Part shown: positions 1 through 12,162 of the stretch, one piece after another | Position numbering within the stretch: the stretch's first letter is position 1 | Layout: each line of letters starts with the position of its first letter | From: Octopus bimaculoides | Taxonomy: Eukaryota | NCBI RefSeq assembly: GCF_001194135.2 | Contig: NC_068984.1 | Span: forward strand, 70,875,013 to 70,930,513 | DNA length: 55,501 bases | Reading direction: 5' to 3' | Position numbers and translations under genes: made by a program | Notes under the pieces: generated by a model | Seen by the model: only the letters and a program-made list of their open reading frames with translations | Database searches by the model: none | What the model was told of the DNA's origin: nothing

Positions 1-56
<56 letters not shown>
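1..56. repeat. (AAT)n microsatellite
   Basis: Pure ATA/AAT trinucleotide run. Confidence 0.98.
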
Positions 57-188
57 CCTACGCAAAACACTTTCAATACAGTAACCATAAGAGCATCACA
101 GCTAACCACAGCATATACCCAAGGCACACAGAGCTGTGCTCGGTAGTGAAGTGAAAGCACACTATAAAAATAAAACTACTGAATAATA
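57..188 (+). mobile_element. Extremely 5'-truncated R4/Dong-like (RLE) LINE: last codons plus 3' UTR
   Basis: Reads LRKTLSIQ* (compare ARIFRKVLEK* at the end of the 13625-15298 element), then ~100 nt of UTR ending in AAT; sits in an (AAT)n tract. Confidence 0.6.
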
Positions 189-647
189 TGAAGTATATTT
201 GCCACTTAAATGTGGCTGACCCCTAAGGGTGGATGTTACTGTTGCTTTTAGCCCCAGGAGAACATCTCCTCCAGCTGGCTTATCGACACACATCTGTGTC
301 CTGTCAATATTTGCCAAGGGAAGTTATCCCTCCCATCTTGATCTGCGATACGTACGGACCCGAGTTTCAGGGTCATTTCCCTTCTTCAGCGTACGGTAAT
401 CGCCGACCTTCGATGAGAAAGACAATCTCTTGGCAAACTATAAGTCTTTTTCCAGTGAAGTTATTCACTGATATCGAAAAAGTGAAAACAAGCAATGTTA
501 AATCTCTGAACGAGGTATTAACAGTAACTGCACGATAAAGTGAAGTATATTTGCCACTTAAATGTGGGGTCAGCCACATTTAAGTGGCAAATATACTTCA
601 CTTTATCGTGCAGTTACTGTTAATACCTCGTTCAGAGATTTAACATT
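189..647 (-). mobile_element. HHR-containing Penelope-pLTR/retrozyme-like insertion with terminal redundancy and inverted end
   Basis: 27-bp direct repeat 189-215/541-567 (352-bp period); inverted segment 566-647; flanking duplication ACTGAATAATA at 178-188 and 648-658; HHR at 351-395. Confidence 0.8.
345..403 (-). ncRNA. Minimal type I hammerhead ribozyme
   Basis: Minus strand: CGTACG-CTGAAGA-AGGG aaatga CCCT-GAAA-C tcgg GTC^CGTACG; stem I extends via GCGAT/ATCGC (345-349 with 399-403). Confidence 0.88.
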
Positions 648-650
648 ACT

Positions 651-679
651 GAATAATAATAATAATAAAAATAATAATG

Positions 680-740
<61 letters not shown>

Positions 741-757
741 TAATAATAAATGAATAA
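651..757. repeat. (AAT)n microsatellite
   Basis: Near-pure AAT run. Confidence 0.97.
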
Positions 758-1967
758 ATGATGAAGTGGTCATGGATGGAATGCTTTTGATCCAAAGGTC
801 TGCTTAATCCAGATTACCTGGAGCTAAACAATATATTTTCCTTTAAAGAAAATTATCTTTAAAGAAAAAATATCCAAGTGAGGTAAAGCAAAAAATATTT
901 CAATAGAGAGCGACTATGAAGTTAAAAAATAAAAATCATGTAGCAAGCATTATAGCTAGTCCTTTTTAGCAGTTCTTTTATGCTGAGGAATACCCTTCTC
1001 TTACACCAAAGGTAGATAATTTGTTTGACTGTCAAAAGCTATACACGCAAAGGTTATTAACATTTACAATATTGCATATCACATTGATAGGTTCACAATA
1101 ATAAAGGGTTATGTAATTTTGGAATGTAATATCATACAATTTGTTAGAAGCAAGAATGCAACTATAAATAAATAAAATACAAAAAGAAAAGCACACAAGA
1201 AACTTTGCATTCAGTTGCATACATATATTGAAATATAACAAGAAAAACAACTATGAGATTAAACACTGAAACTCCATGTTACATATTAACTTCCAATTTC
1301 TTTCATGCCACCACTGTTCCAATTTATGATCTAAGATAGTCCCTACAGGCTATAAGGAATGCCTTCCCAATTTAGACAATATGACTGCAAAGGAAGAAGA
1401 AAAAACTGAATAAAGAAGAAAAGTAAAAAGTAAGAAGAAAGAAATGTGTGTAACCATTTAAGTCATAACTACATTAATAACATTGGTTGTTTAACACCAG
1501 GCTATCTCTAACTGAGCACATCGAAAAGATGTAAGTAGTCTGACAAATGGCCAGGCCTATTCCATTGATTAATTGTTTTACCTGCAGCTAGTTGAAGATT
1601 CCTACTCTGTGTGGTCTCGGACAAGCATAAGTCATGTACAGATACTCTTATGTTCTACTTTCTTGGACTATTCCTTTATTCCTTTCACCTGTTCACCTAT
1701 TTGACTTGTCACCTTCTCACCAATCCTCCTGGATAACCAACTCTCTTCCCATTACATATTTCCCACAACTTCAAGTTTTCCTCCTCATTTTCAGAGTCAG
1801 AGCAACATGGCTGTAAAGTTGTATTCTACATCACTCACATCAAATAAACTTCACAGTCTTCAGAAATTTATATTGACTGATTTTGACCTACACAGACCAT
1901 TACTAGTTTTCCTTAAATTCCATATTTTAATTTATTGTTATGGTTTTTTAAAAAATATTTTGACAAT

Positions 1968-2120
1968 AGGCGCAGGAGTGGCTGTGTGGTAAGTAGCTTG
2001 CTTACCAACAACATGGTTCAGGGTTCAGTCCCACTGTGTCGTCTACTATAGCCTCAGGCCGACCAAAGCCTTGTGAGTAGATTTGGTAGATGGAAACCGA
2101 AAGAAACCCGTCATATATAT

Positions 2121-2155
<35 letters not shown>

Positions 2156-2362
2156 TGTGTTTGCCCCCCTAGCATTGCTTGACAACCGATGCTGGTGTGT
2201 TTATGTCCCCGTCACTTAGTGGTTCAGCAAAAGAGACCGATAGAATAAGTACTAGTCTTACAAAGAATAAGTCCCAGGGTTGATTTGCTCGACTAAAGGT
2301 GGTGCTCCAGCATGGCCGCAGTCAAATGACTGAAACAAGTAAAAGAGAGAGAGTAAAAGAGT
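1968..2362 (+). mobile_element. tRNA-derived octopus SINE with internal (TA)n/(TG)n
   Basis: Head GGCGCAGGAGTGGCTGTGTGG (A-box-like) and GGTTCAGTCCC (B-box-like); homologous to copies at 31706 and 54738; AAAAGAG tail. Confidence 0.9.
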
Positions 2363-4419
2363 ATTCATAATGAACTGATATTTTTTTGCTGATATTTGAA
2401 TGCTGTATGCTGGCCTTGTGCCAAAATTTGAAAGTAATATGTGAATACTTTATACTTATGTTATAGAGTGATATTTAGTACCCAGAAAGACGTTTATGCT
2501 GCAGTTCCAAACTTCAGCTGAGCCACTTTAATTAACTTGTTATTTGTATCTTTTCCTCTGTTTAAAGAGGTTGACACATCTCATTCACAATGTTATCACA
2601 TTTCTTGACATGTTGCATAAGAGAAACTGCAGATGAAGTTTCAGCAATGCAGTGACTCTTCATTGCCTTTCTCTTATTATATTGTAGTGATGTACCTTAA
2701 AAAGTAGATAACCTGTTGCTTTAAAGTTTTGAGATCAAATCCTGCCAGTGTCAAACTTACCCTTTTGTTTGACTTTAATAAAATAGTACTAATCATGTAA
2801 TGGAGTCACTCAAATTGAATTTACCATTATATTTACAAAATTTTTACCAAGACAGCAAACTCATTCATGCAAAATTTGCCTTTCGGTATTTAGTTTCATG
2901 CTTTTATATTCAGATGTAAAAAGCAACTAAGGTTTTAAAAATCTTTCCATAGTCGATAAAAAAAGAAGTTGAAGTTAAGTGTTGGAATCAATTTTAACCA
3001 GTTATTATATTTTTTTTAATCTGTATCCTCATGCCTATGTTAGAAATTATTATTATTTATTTAAGAAACAATTATTATGGCATCAGTATTATTCAGAGAC
3101 TCTATAGACCGTGAATATATTGAACAATGACAGCCGTTCTTTTAGCAAACTGGATAACAGAAGAGTGGTTAAAAATAAGTTTTTCCTGTAATTAAATTAA
3201 TTGGCGGGATATGCAATAAAAAAAAATAATTTTCAGAAATATTAAAATTTTCCATTTAACAATTTGTTTTACACATGAACTGTTTGTCTTTAGATTTTCA
3301 AGGCAAAATAGCTAACTATAATTAGAAGAGACAGCTTCTATTTTAGAAATATTATTATTTTGGCTTTAGCTACAGATTACTTTGACAAGCAGCAAAACAG
3401 AAAGTTAGATGGTATTTTTCTTCAGTAAAAAGCTAAAATGTCCATTTGTGTTTTACAGTCAAGTTTCCATGAATTAAGATCATTTAAAACAAATAAAGAT
3501 TATGGAGCAACTGACCATTCCCCAGCTGTGAATGGATGTAATTTGTTAGGAAAGCAGGAAAAAAATATCTTGATAGTCACATACTGAGAGTAGATACAAA
3601 GTGGATAGAAGGCAGAATCAATGGTTGTTAGACAATGTATTTCCATCTGTTGAGCAGTCTTAAAATAAAAGGTGCTCCACTCTTGACCGCCATGATTTTT
3701 TCCTTTCTCTAGAAAATAATGTCCATATTTGCATATAGATGTGCAGCTGCATAGTCAGCCTTGTCTGACCGAGGTCCCTATAAAGCCATCTAGATAATGA
3801 TTTCCTTTTATCATTAGGGCTTTACTTTTAATTACTTAATGTTTCTTTGCAACTATTTCTAGCAGACACAGTGAACTCATAGAAGATTACTAATTGGTTC
3901 ATTCATACTTTTTTGTCTGTTTTGGCAGTTGTTTCTCTGCAGACCAGCCCTCACCAGTAGATTATCTTTGAAATGGAAACAATATTTTGGGACACATTTT
4001 TAAAGGACATACCATTGCTACCTAGGAAATAGTATATAAAAACACTTGAAAATCATAGACAGGTGAGACATCTCAAAATTTGAAAGTCATCTGGTGCTTT
4101 GATGGAGTCATCTCCACCATGTCAAATTGCAGCCTAATAATCATCTGGCTATACTCACAAATGATTTTTTATATTATTTGCATATAGTCTTGGAATGATG
4201 ATTCAGTTTGCCTCTGGTTCGGTTCAGGTACATGATATTGATAGGCCACAAAAATGGTAAAACATCTTTGTCCATTGCTCCTGAATGGGGTTTGTTTCTC
4301 ACCTTTCTATGATCTTCAAGTGTTTCAACACCTGGCACTTTGATAGAGTCATCTCTACCATACCTGAGCACCCTACCAGGAACAAGCAGATCACATACAT
4401 TATGTATGTGCAATAATGC

Positions 4420-4480
4420 GCGCACACACACACACACAACACACACACACAAATATTTATGTCCAATAATACATACATAC

Positions 4481-4552
<72 letters not shown>

Positions 4553-4592
4553 CACACACACATACATATGTGTATGTATGTATGCATATGTG
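4420..4592. repeat. Compound (CA)n/(TA)n microsatellite
   Basis: Direct reading. Confidence 0.95.
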
Positions 4593-4594
4593 TG

Positions 4595-4765
4595 GATTCC
4601 TTTGTCCTTGTCCCAATCCACCACTTGACAACCAATGTTGGTTTGTTTACGTCTCCATAGTTTAGCAATTTGGAAGAGACTGGTTGAATAAGAACCAGAA
4701 TTAGAGAAATAACTACTGGGTTAATTTGTTTGACTGCACCATTCAAGAGAGTACCTCAGCATTGC
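4595..4765 (+). mobile_element. 3' half of the tRNA-derived SINE, diverged
   Basis: CTTGACAACC...GTTTACGTC...GAATAAG matches the 3' half of 1968-2362. Confidence 0.7.
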
Positions 4766-5076
4766 TGCAGACCTTAGAGGCTCTCACTTTGGCTTGAGTT
4801 TCTATTCTTACCTGCCTAAGTAAAATTTTATATTATCTGAGTGGAATTGATTTCTTGTTTAATTGAATCTTCCATTAATCAATTTTTAAATATTTTTTCG
4901 TTTTTCTTTTTTATTATTAACTATTTCCATTTGATTATTCATTTTCTTCAAGTAAAGAAATGTTATATATATTAAAAAAAAGGACATTTCTGAGGAGCAT
5001 TAATATTCATCGAATTTGTCAGGTACCATCTTAAGTGGTCAAGTGCACAGAATTCTTTAGCAAAAGATGCAATGTA

Positions 5077-5304
5077 TTGGGTTGACCGGAAAGTTTGTGC
5101 CGATTCTTAAAGGAAAGAAAAAGGTCAATAAATACTTGCCATTACATTTTTCATCAACCAAATATGAACCATTTTGTTGCATAATGTGTCTCCATCTTTC
5201 CTTTAACTTGAAAATACCCTCTTCCCAGAATTGAGATGGTTTCATGGCAAATAAGTCGAAAGGTAAGCTACTATAAATCGACACGAACTTTCTGGACAAT
5301 CCAA
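5077..5304 (-). mobile_element. Mariner-derived MITE
   Basis: ~30-bp imperfect TIRs (TTGGGTTGACCGGAAAGTTTGTGCCGATT / revcomp at the right end), TA on both sides; internal frame KPSQFWEEGIFKLKERWRHIMQQNGSY resembles the mariner transposase C-terminus. Confidence 0.85.
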
Positions 5305-5365
5305 TAGTAATTTTCTATGCTTTAAAGAAATTTTAAAGAGCCCAAGTATTTGGTGCAGTTTAATT

Positions 5366-5581
5366 NNNNNNNNNNNNNNNNNNNNNNNNNNNNNNNNNNN
5401 NNNNNNNNNNNNNNNNNNNNNNNNNNNNNNNNNNNNNNNNNNNNNNNNNNNNNNNNNNNNNNNNNNNNNNNNNNNNNNNNNNNNNNNNNNNNNNNNNNNN
5501 NNNNNNNNNNNNNNNNNNNNNNNNNNNNNNNNNNNNNNNNNNNNNNNNNNNNNNNNNNNNNNNNNNNNNNNNNNNNNNNNN
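5366..5581. other. Assembly gap
   Basis: N run. Confidence 1.
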
Positions 5582-8265
5582 TTTCTTTTACTTGAAATTT
5601 TACTTTTGTCGTGGCGCATCTACCTAATTCTTCCGCAAAAAAAAAACAAAAAAAAAAAACAGCAGGAAAAATCTTTTTCAATTTTTTTTCTAAAACTTCT
5701 GACACCTTATTTGAACTGGTTTTATAACTGCTTAGGATCTTTCTGATTTGGCGGGCGCCATTTTTATGCAGGTTTTATTTAGTGTGTTTTCTACCGAAAC
5801 ACTTTAAAACTTCGTATACTTGTATATTTGGTCTTATATACAGAGAAAAATTTTTATATTTTTATATTCGAAGTTATTTCATGTTAAAAGTTGTCGTATT
5901 TCGGTAATTTCAACCAATCACTGATGTCTACTGAGGTGAAAATAATTACTGCTGTGGAATGTAAACAACACGTTCTAGTGGTGTAATGGGATATTGAATG
6001 AAATTAGTGCCGTTGTTTGTCAATAACAATTATCGGTGGTACTGTTATTAATGACATCGTTCGTGCATTTGTACTGGTTTTAGCTTTAGGGTTTTAGAGT
6101 TACGGTTCGGGTTTTAGAGTTAGGGTTTTAGGGTTAGGGTTAGGGCTATGAGTATTTTTTGCCAAATTTGGTTAAAATCTGTTCAATACACCGTCACAAA
6201 CTTTTCACCAAATTTGGCAAAAATACTTATAACCCTAACCCTAAAACCCTAAAGCAAAAACCAGTACAAATACACGAACGATGTCATAAATAACAGTACC
6301 GCCGATAGTTGTTGTTGACAAACAACGGCACTAATTTTATCCAAGGGAAAAGATCCCATTACACCGCTAGAACGTGTTGTTTACATTCCACAGCAGTAAT
6401 TGTTTTCACCTCAATAGACGTCAGTGATTGGCTGAAATTACCGAAATACGACAATCTTAACACGAAATAACTTTAAAAAGATAAAATTTTCTCAATAACA
6501 CTAAGAGTAAAAGATATTTTATATGACACATTCTACCAGTGTCCCAAGTTTGAAAGTGTTTCGTTATGAAAACAAGTGGCTCCCGCCAAATCAGAAAGAC
6601 CCACTGTTTACATTATTGCAAAAATATATTTATGGGGAAGTTCCATAAATTAAACAATTCTATCTCGTCTGTGCCAAAATGGTTCGTCGTAGTTTTTGAT
6701 ACAAAAACTTTAGCCGACAAAGTTTTCCCATGAAATATTTCCTCACTAATCATTTCGCACAAAAATCGTAATTGTTTTCCTGAGATGCCTCTTGCTATTT
6801 TTTTTTTCAATGTAGGCCTTCCTTTTTTTTTTTTAATCATGTATCCTCGTTAATTATTGCGATGTCACTACCTGTATCCAACTGTATTCTCGTATTCACA
6901 TTATTTATTTTTATAGAGACAAATTTTTCTTTTTGTTCCTTGCTTTGCATTTCTGTTGACAATACTTTTTTTCCTGAATTGTTTTCGTTCGATCTTTTTT
7001 TCTTTCACCCAACAATGTGAATTCTTTTGTCCAATTTTCCTACATCCAAAACATTTTAGATTCTTAAAAGAATAGTTTCTTTTGAAATGCATTTCTCCAC
7101 ATCTATAACATGGTTTGGGTCTTGACTGTTGTGTTTCTTTTTTCATATCTGTGACCGGTCGACGCGTATGTATATTTGAATAATCTTTTTCAATTTTTTC
7201 TGCGTTCTGTCGTAGATTTATAATTCTTTGGCATTCTTCAGCCACTATTTTTAGAGTTAGTTTTGAATCTTGTTCAAGCATTGTCAATATTCGAGCACTT
7301 ATCTCTGCATCTTTACTTACCGTTGATCCTTGTACGAAGATTAAACATTTAAACATGTCCGGGCTTAATTCACCAAGTTTAAATTTTTCACATTCTCTAT
7401 TTACGATTCCGGTATGTGTGACGAAATCTTCCGTTTCTTATTTTTTTCAAATTCAAACACTCCCAGCCAATATTAAATAGTTAAATTCTTTCACTGAATA
7501 TTTTAGATAATCGCTTAGTTGTTTCCTTGGAACAAATTTCAGATGGTTTTCTTGGCAAGATGTAATTACAAAACGTTTCCTGTTCTGCTGGTGATAATTT
7601 CCTTAAAAGAAGACGTACCTTCTTTTCGTCCGTCCAGCTTTTACACTCTTCCTTGAAGATTCCTTCATACCTTCTGAAGTATGCAGAAAACGTAATTCCT
7701 TCTTCCGGATTATACGTGAATTCTTCAACTGAATTAGCAACAGCGTCTGCCGAAAACGAACCTGAAGTGTCTTTTAACTGCAACAATAATTCCAACAACT
7801 GTTGATTTTGTTGTTGTTGTACCCCTTCTTGCTATTTCTGTTGTTCTTGTTGTTGCTGCAGTTGCCGTTGCAACTGAACCACGGAAGCGAATAGGTCTTC
7901 CATGCTAAAAACGTCCACCGTGAGATTCGAATGTCTCGTCGCTCCTGTTGGGTTTCGTCACGACTGTTGTCTTTTGAACTCACTGTATATGCCACTTTAT
8001 AACATGGACTTATATCAAGGTTATAACAATACATATATTAATAAGAACAACACGTAACAATCAATATCTATTTTCTACGACTTCTACAACTATATTCACA
8101 AAGCGCCTGCGCGCACTACACTGTTGTTTCTTTATTATCCCCAAGGGACAATACAAAGAAAGAACAGTACGAAACATTAAAAGAGGGGGAAAATCGAATG
8201 AAAAATGAAATGTAAATATAATGAGATGGAATGATGGCCGCCCGGGCCCCACAACTCAAGCAACA
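5582..8265 (-). mobile_element. Decayed Ty3/Gypsy LTR retrotransposon (LTR, gag, protease, start of pol), split by a MITE at 5735-6602
   Basis: Putative LTR ~7997-8265 starting TG, followed by PBS-like TGGC; gag ORFs 7481-7798 (FSAYFRRYE...KVRLLLRKL) and 6901-7356 (CYRCG..H, CFGC.KIG..SHC knuckles); protease motif IQLDTGSD at ~6860-6885; LKKIFPAVF..ELGRC..KVKFQVKE continues left of the MITE into the gap. Confidence 0.88.
5735..6602. mobile_element. Foldback MITE (GG termini, 8-bp TSD; Merlin-like) with internal TTAGGG/CCCTAA repeats
   Basis: 26-bp terminal IRs 5735-5760/6577-6602; long internal inverted arms ~5870-6160/6210-6475; TSD ACTGCTTA (5727-5734) / ACTGTTTA (6603-6610). Superfamily call is inferred. 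Confidence 0.8.
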
Positions 8266-9469
8266 TCATGGAACATTTTTACAAGACGAACATAAATATC
8301 AAAAAGTTTTTTTTTTTCTCACTTTGTTTGGTGTTGCTTCAGTTTTTTATATACTGTCTTTTTATTATTCAATGATAAAGTGTGATTGGGGAAAGATTTA
8401 GTTACAATATCTAGCTTGCCAGTGAGTGTATGAATGATCCTAAGTTGCCAAGTTAATGAATAAATCTCCCTATAAAGAGAAATCCCATATAGTATAGTTT
8501 ATAATTGTAAGTAGCAGCAATTTTGTATAATTAACAAATATGTCATTGCTTGACTAGAGCCAAATTCATTTGATTTCTTTTTTACAGCTTTGACAGTGAG
8601 AAAGTTTGTGCCCTTGACTCATTATTTCAACAAGGCTTCCATAACTGGCTGTTAAAAGAGAAGAACGTATCCACAAACAGAGGACCAATCCTTAATACCT
8701 GCTAAAGAAACTCAAGGACAAAGTTCTGATGTCCATGAAGATAAATTGTACAAGAAATCAGAACTCCAAATGTTGGAGCAAATACTGCAAGGTACTTTGT
8801 CTGACACTGTTACAAATCCTAACATTCTGAAGCTATGAATCAATAATTTATTTTATCAGCTCCAAAAGAATTGAAGATCAAAAACAAAACTGACCATTGG
8901 GATTTCAACTAAGAGTGTAAAAGGCCAAAGTAAATAATATGATGAGTTTTGTCTTATGTTGTAAAGAGGTTTTGATGCCTAGTGAAATCTATATGTGATA
9001 GACTAGTATCATGTCCAGATATATATCTCATCTGTTAGACATTATGAAAGCCACGAATAAGATGAAGGCAATTAAATGAATTAGCTAATCAATAAGCAAG
9101 GGTATTGTGTAACATATTTCACAGAAATTCTTGATCACAAACCAAATAACCAATTAAATTACTGGAAAAAAATGGTTGTGATGCCAATTATGTCGACCAA
9201 TCAAATATCACTGCAGATCTTTAGAGAATGCATCTATAAAGAATAAATATTTAATGAAACAATTACAGAGGAATTGTGTCAAAGATTATATTAATCGTAA
9301 GGTCTCTTCATGTAGTGAATAAAAATGTACATGAAATACTATGTAGCAAATTTTCTACTATTTTAAATTATACATATACTAAGCAAAGCAAGTTCTACTA
9401 TATATTGTCAACATTTTTACTCAGTTTGAAGGTTTCTCCATTAAACTAGATAAAAGTTGTTAGTGATTA

Positions 9470-9605
9470 TAATTACAGCTATCATCATCATCATCATCAT
9501 TGTTGTTGTCATCATAGCCACAACTATTGTTGTAATTAGTCATGGTGGTAGAGGTGTTCTCATCACTATTGCTATCATAATCATTGTTGTCCTCATCCTT
9601 TCCCC
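9470..9605. repeat. Degenerate (ATC)/(GTT) low-complexity tract
   Basis: Direct reading. Confidence 0.7.
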
Positions 9606-9865
9606 ATTATCCTCATTAATCTATCAGCCAGTTAATTAATATGGTTTAATACCTGTATTTCTACTCTGACACAAGTTTGATGTATGACATATCACCGCTC
9701 ATCTTGGTTTGTCTTTTCAGTCACAAGGATTAATAGTCAGAGATATAAAAAAGAATTATCTACATGGTGGTTATGACACCTGAAAAAAAAAATAGAAACC
9801 AAATTTCTAACAATCTACCATCTTAAAAAGAAATAGGACATCTTCTAACAGTCCAACTAATACTG

Positions 9866-10390
9866 ATTACACTTGCGAACACCTGTCGAGGCAAGTGAAA
9901 TCGAAATCGAACTAAATTCGACGACTGGCACCCATGCCAACGTCGTCTCCTTCATTGGACACTAAACTCGGCTTGCGAAGACCTGTTGGGGCAAGCGAAA
10001 GCAAAAACGCGAAATCGTGACAGCACCTGTGCCCAGCGTCACCTTCCTGGCACTTGTGCCGGTGGCACATGTAAAGACATTTGAGTGAGATCGTTGCCAG
10101 TACCGCTGGACTGGCTCCTGTGCAAGTGGTACATAAAATACACCATTTTGAGCGTGGTCGTTGCCAGTACCGCCTGACTGACCTTCGTGCCGATGGCACG
10201 TAAAAGCACCGACTATACTCCCGGAGTGGTTGGCGTTAAGAAGGGCATCCAACTGTAGAAACTCTGCCAAATCAGATTGGAGCCTGGTGTAGCCATTTGG
10301 TTCACCAGTTCTCAGTCAAATCTTCCAACCCATGCTAGCATGGAAAGCGGACGTTAAATGATGATGATGATGGTGATGGTGATGATGATG

Positions 10391-10406
<16 letters not shown>
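9866..10406 (+). mobile_element. RTE-tail-related SINE-like repeat ending in (GAT)n
   Basis: GGTTGGCGTTAAGAAGGGCATCC...CCCATGCTAGCATGGAAAGCGGACGTTAAATGATGAT; the same tail occurs at 46800-46935 and, inverted, at ~24870. Confidence 0.8.
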
Positions 10407-10426
<20 letters not shown>

Positions 10427-10559
10427 TACAACATTTTACTATAGGTCTTCCTCACTAGGTTGAATAAGAGAATGACAATATCAACAAAAAGAATCAGACA
10501 CCAAATCTCATTGTTTTTTCATTCTAACTTCACCTTCCTCAGATACTCTGTATCAACTA

Positions 10560-10870
10560 CATATCCCTTCTTGACTGAACTTTATCTTTTTCTGACATGA
10601 TCAGACAATAAAAATGTATAAATTAAATTACATTTTCCCAAATGCATATATTGCACAGCAAATATTCTACATGTTACCAGTAACGGTAGCATCTGCTGTT
10701 GAGATCTCTCAACGAATTAAAAGCACATCAAAAATTTCTTGAAGGGCACGATGACACAGGAAAGACTAAATGACATAGTCATCCTGAATATTGAGAGTAA
10801 CCTTGGAGGCGAAGATGACATCAGTGAGATAATAAAAATCATTTGCTTTAGAAAAGGCGCATGAAGCATG
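10560..10870 (+). pseudogene. hAT transposase C-terminal dimerisation-domain relic
   Basis: Frameshifted: MLPVTVASA.. then LKGTMTQERLNDIVILNIES...IIKIICFRKGA*. Confidence 0.75.
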
Positions 10871-11273
10871 TTTTGTTTATTTATGAAAATGTTTGATTCT
10901 TTATTACTGAACTCATTAAAGAGAAAATTCACAATGTGTTTAACTTTTCAATAAATTATCAAATTAATTTAACAGATGTTTACATTTCTCAAAATGATAA
11001 GGCGAAAAGTATTTGTCCTTGGAAAATTTCATAACAGAACTTGTCCCTTTAAGCTATAATTTAAAGGTATTAAGAATTGAAATATTGCTAAACTAGCCAC
11101 TAGTACAGTTTTCTCAGGTTTAGTTCATGGAGGGCTTTCTCAAGGGCTCTAATCCTAGGTGAGCAGAGTGCACATTAGAAAACTCAATATCTCTCTAATT
11201 GCATAAATGCATAATATATTTTCATTGAGAGAATCATTGAAAGAGTTGATATGGATATAAGTACGTATATGTA

Positions 11274-12162
11274 CGAAGTTGTATCAAACAGTTCCTGGAC
11301 TATTTCTGCAGCACACGGTTGCATATGCAGTGAGAGCTGGCAGTGACCTTCATGAGGCAGTGTGCCATATAACATTGCTGTGTATACTTCGTAAGTTGTG
11401 AAACCTGTGTTTTAGGATCACATGTATGCTGTAGTGTGTGAGTTTGTCATGTACAGGAACAAAAAGTGAACATGAAATTTTGTGTTAGACTTGGGAAATA
11501 TGCTATAGACATTGAGCATGCTCCAGCAAGCTTATGCAATGTAGAAATGGGTCGTACGCAATGTTTCAAGTGGCATGGGAGATTCAAAAGTGGGGGAACG
11601 TCCTTGGAAGATTATGAGCGATTTGGAAGGCTTACCATGAAAGTCACCACCGAAAATTTGGAATTGTGCATCGAGAATTCATCTCCCCTACCCAAGGCCA
11701 AACAACCATCAGTCAAGATTTCTACTGCGATGTTTTGAAGCATTTGAGAGAGGACATTCGGTGAGAGTGACCAGACCTGAGGAATGCAAAGAATTGGATT
11801 CTTCACCGAGCTCTCCTCACACGTGAGTTTCTCACCAAATCAACATGGTATTGCTTCCGCACCTGACTTATTCACCAGATTTAGCATCTGTGGACTTCCA
11901 TCTCTTCCCCAAGATACAAATGCAGCTCAAAGGTCACTGTTTTAATACCACTGTCGAAATCCAGAGAGTATCGTAGGAGGTCCTTGGCTTGCTTACGGAA
12001 AACGACGTCCAGGCTGAATTCCAAAAGTGACAGGAACACTGGGACCGGTGTAGTGCTGCGCAACGTGACTATTTCAAAGACGATTAACTTGAAACTTAGG
12101 TGAATACGTTTTTTTTTTTTTATTAAACATAACAAGTCCGGGAACCTTTTGATTCCCACTCG
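11274..12162 (+). mobile_element. Internally deleted mariner transposon
   Basis: Imperfect TIRs with TA flanks; N-terminal HTH (KFCVRLGK...CFKWHGRFKSG..SLED) and C-terminal YSPDLA-type motif (TATTCACCAGATTTAGCA at ~11868). Confidence 0.88.

Noticed and set aside
1385-1810. Apparent two-exon minus-strand gene end (PCCSDSENEEENLKLWEICNGKRVGYPGGL / SYCLNWEGIPYSL*)
   Set aside because: No protein family recognised, weak first acceptor, and the purine-rich sequence resembles a decayed RTE endonuclease region.
4174-4746. Long ORFs rich in YI/HT/CV here and at ~12950, 24150, 26830, 44290 and 50485
   Set aside because: Translations of dinucleotide microsatellites and N-gaps.
4985-5035. CTGAGGA...GAAT..GTC possible HHR
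   Set aside because: GAAA core broken and neither stem pairs convincingly.
8588-8800. Plus-strand exon candidates (FDSEKVCALD...; ...ELQMLEQILQ)
   Set aside because: No consistent donor or phase; the downstream part matches inverted SINE remnants.
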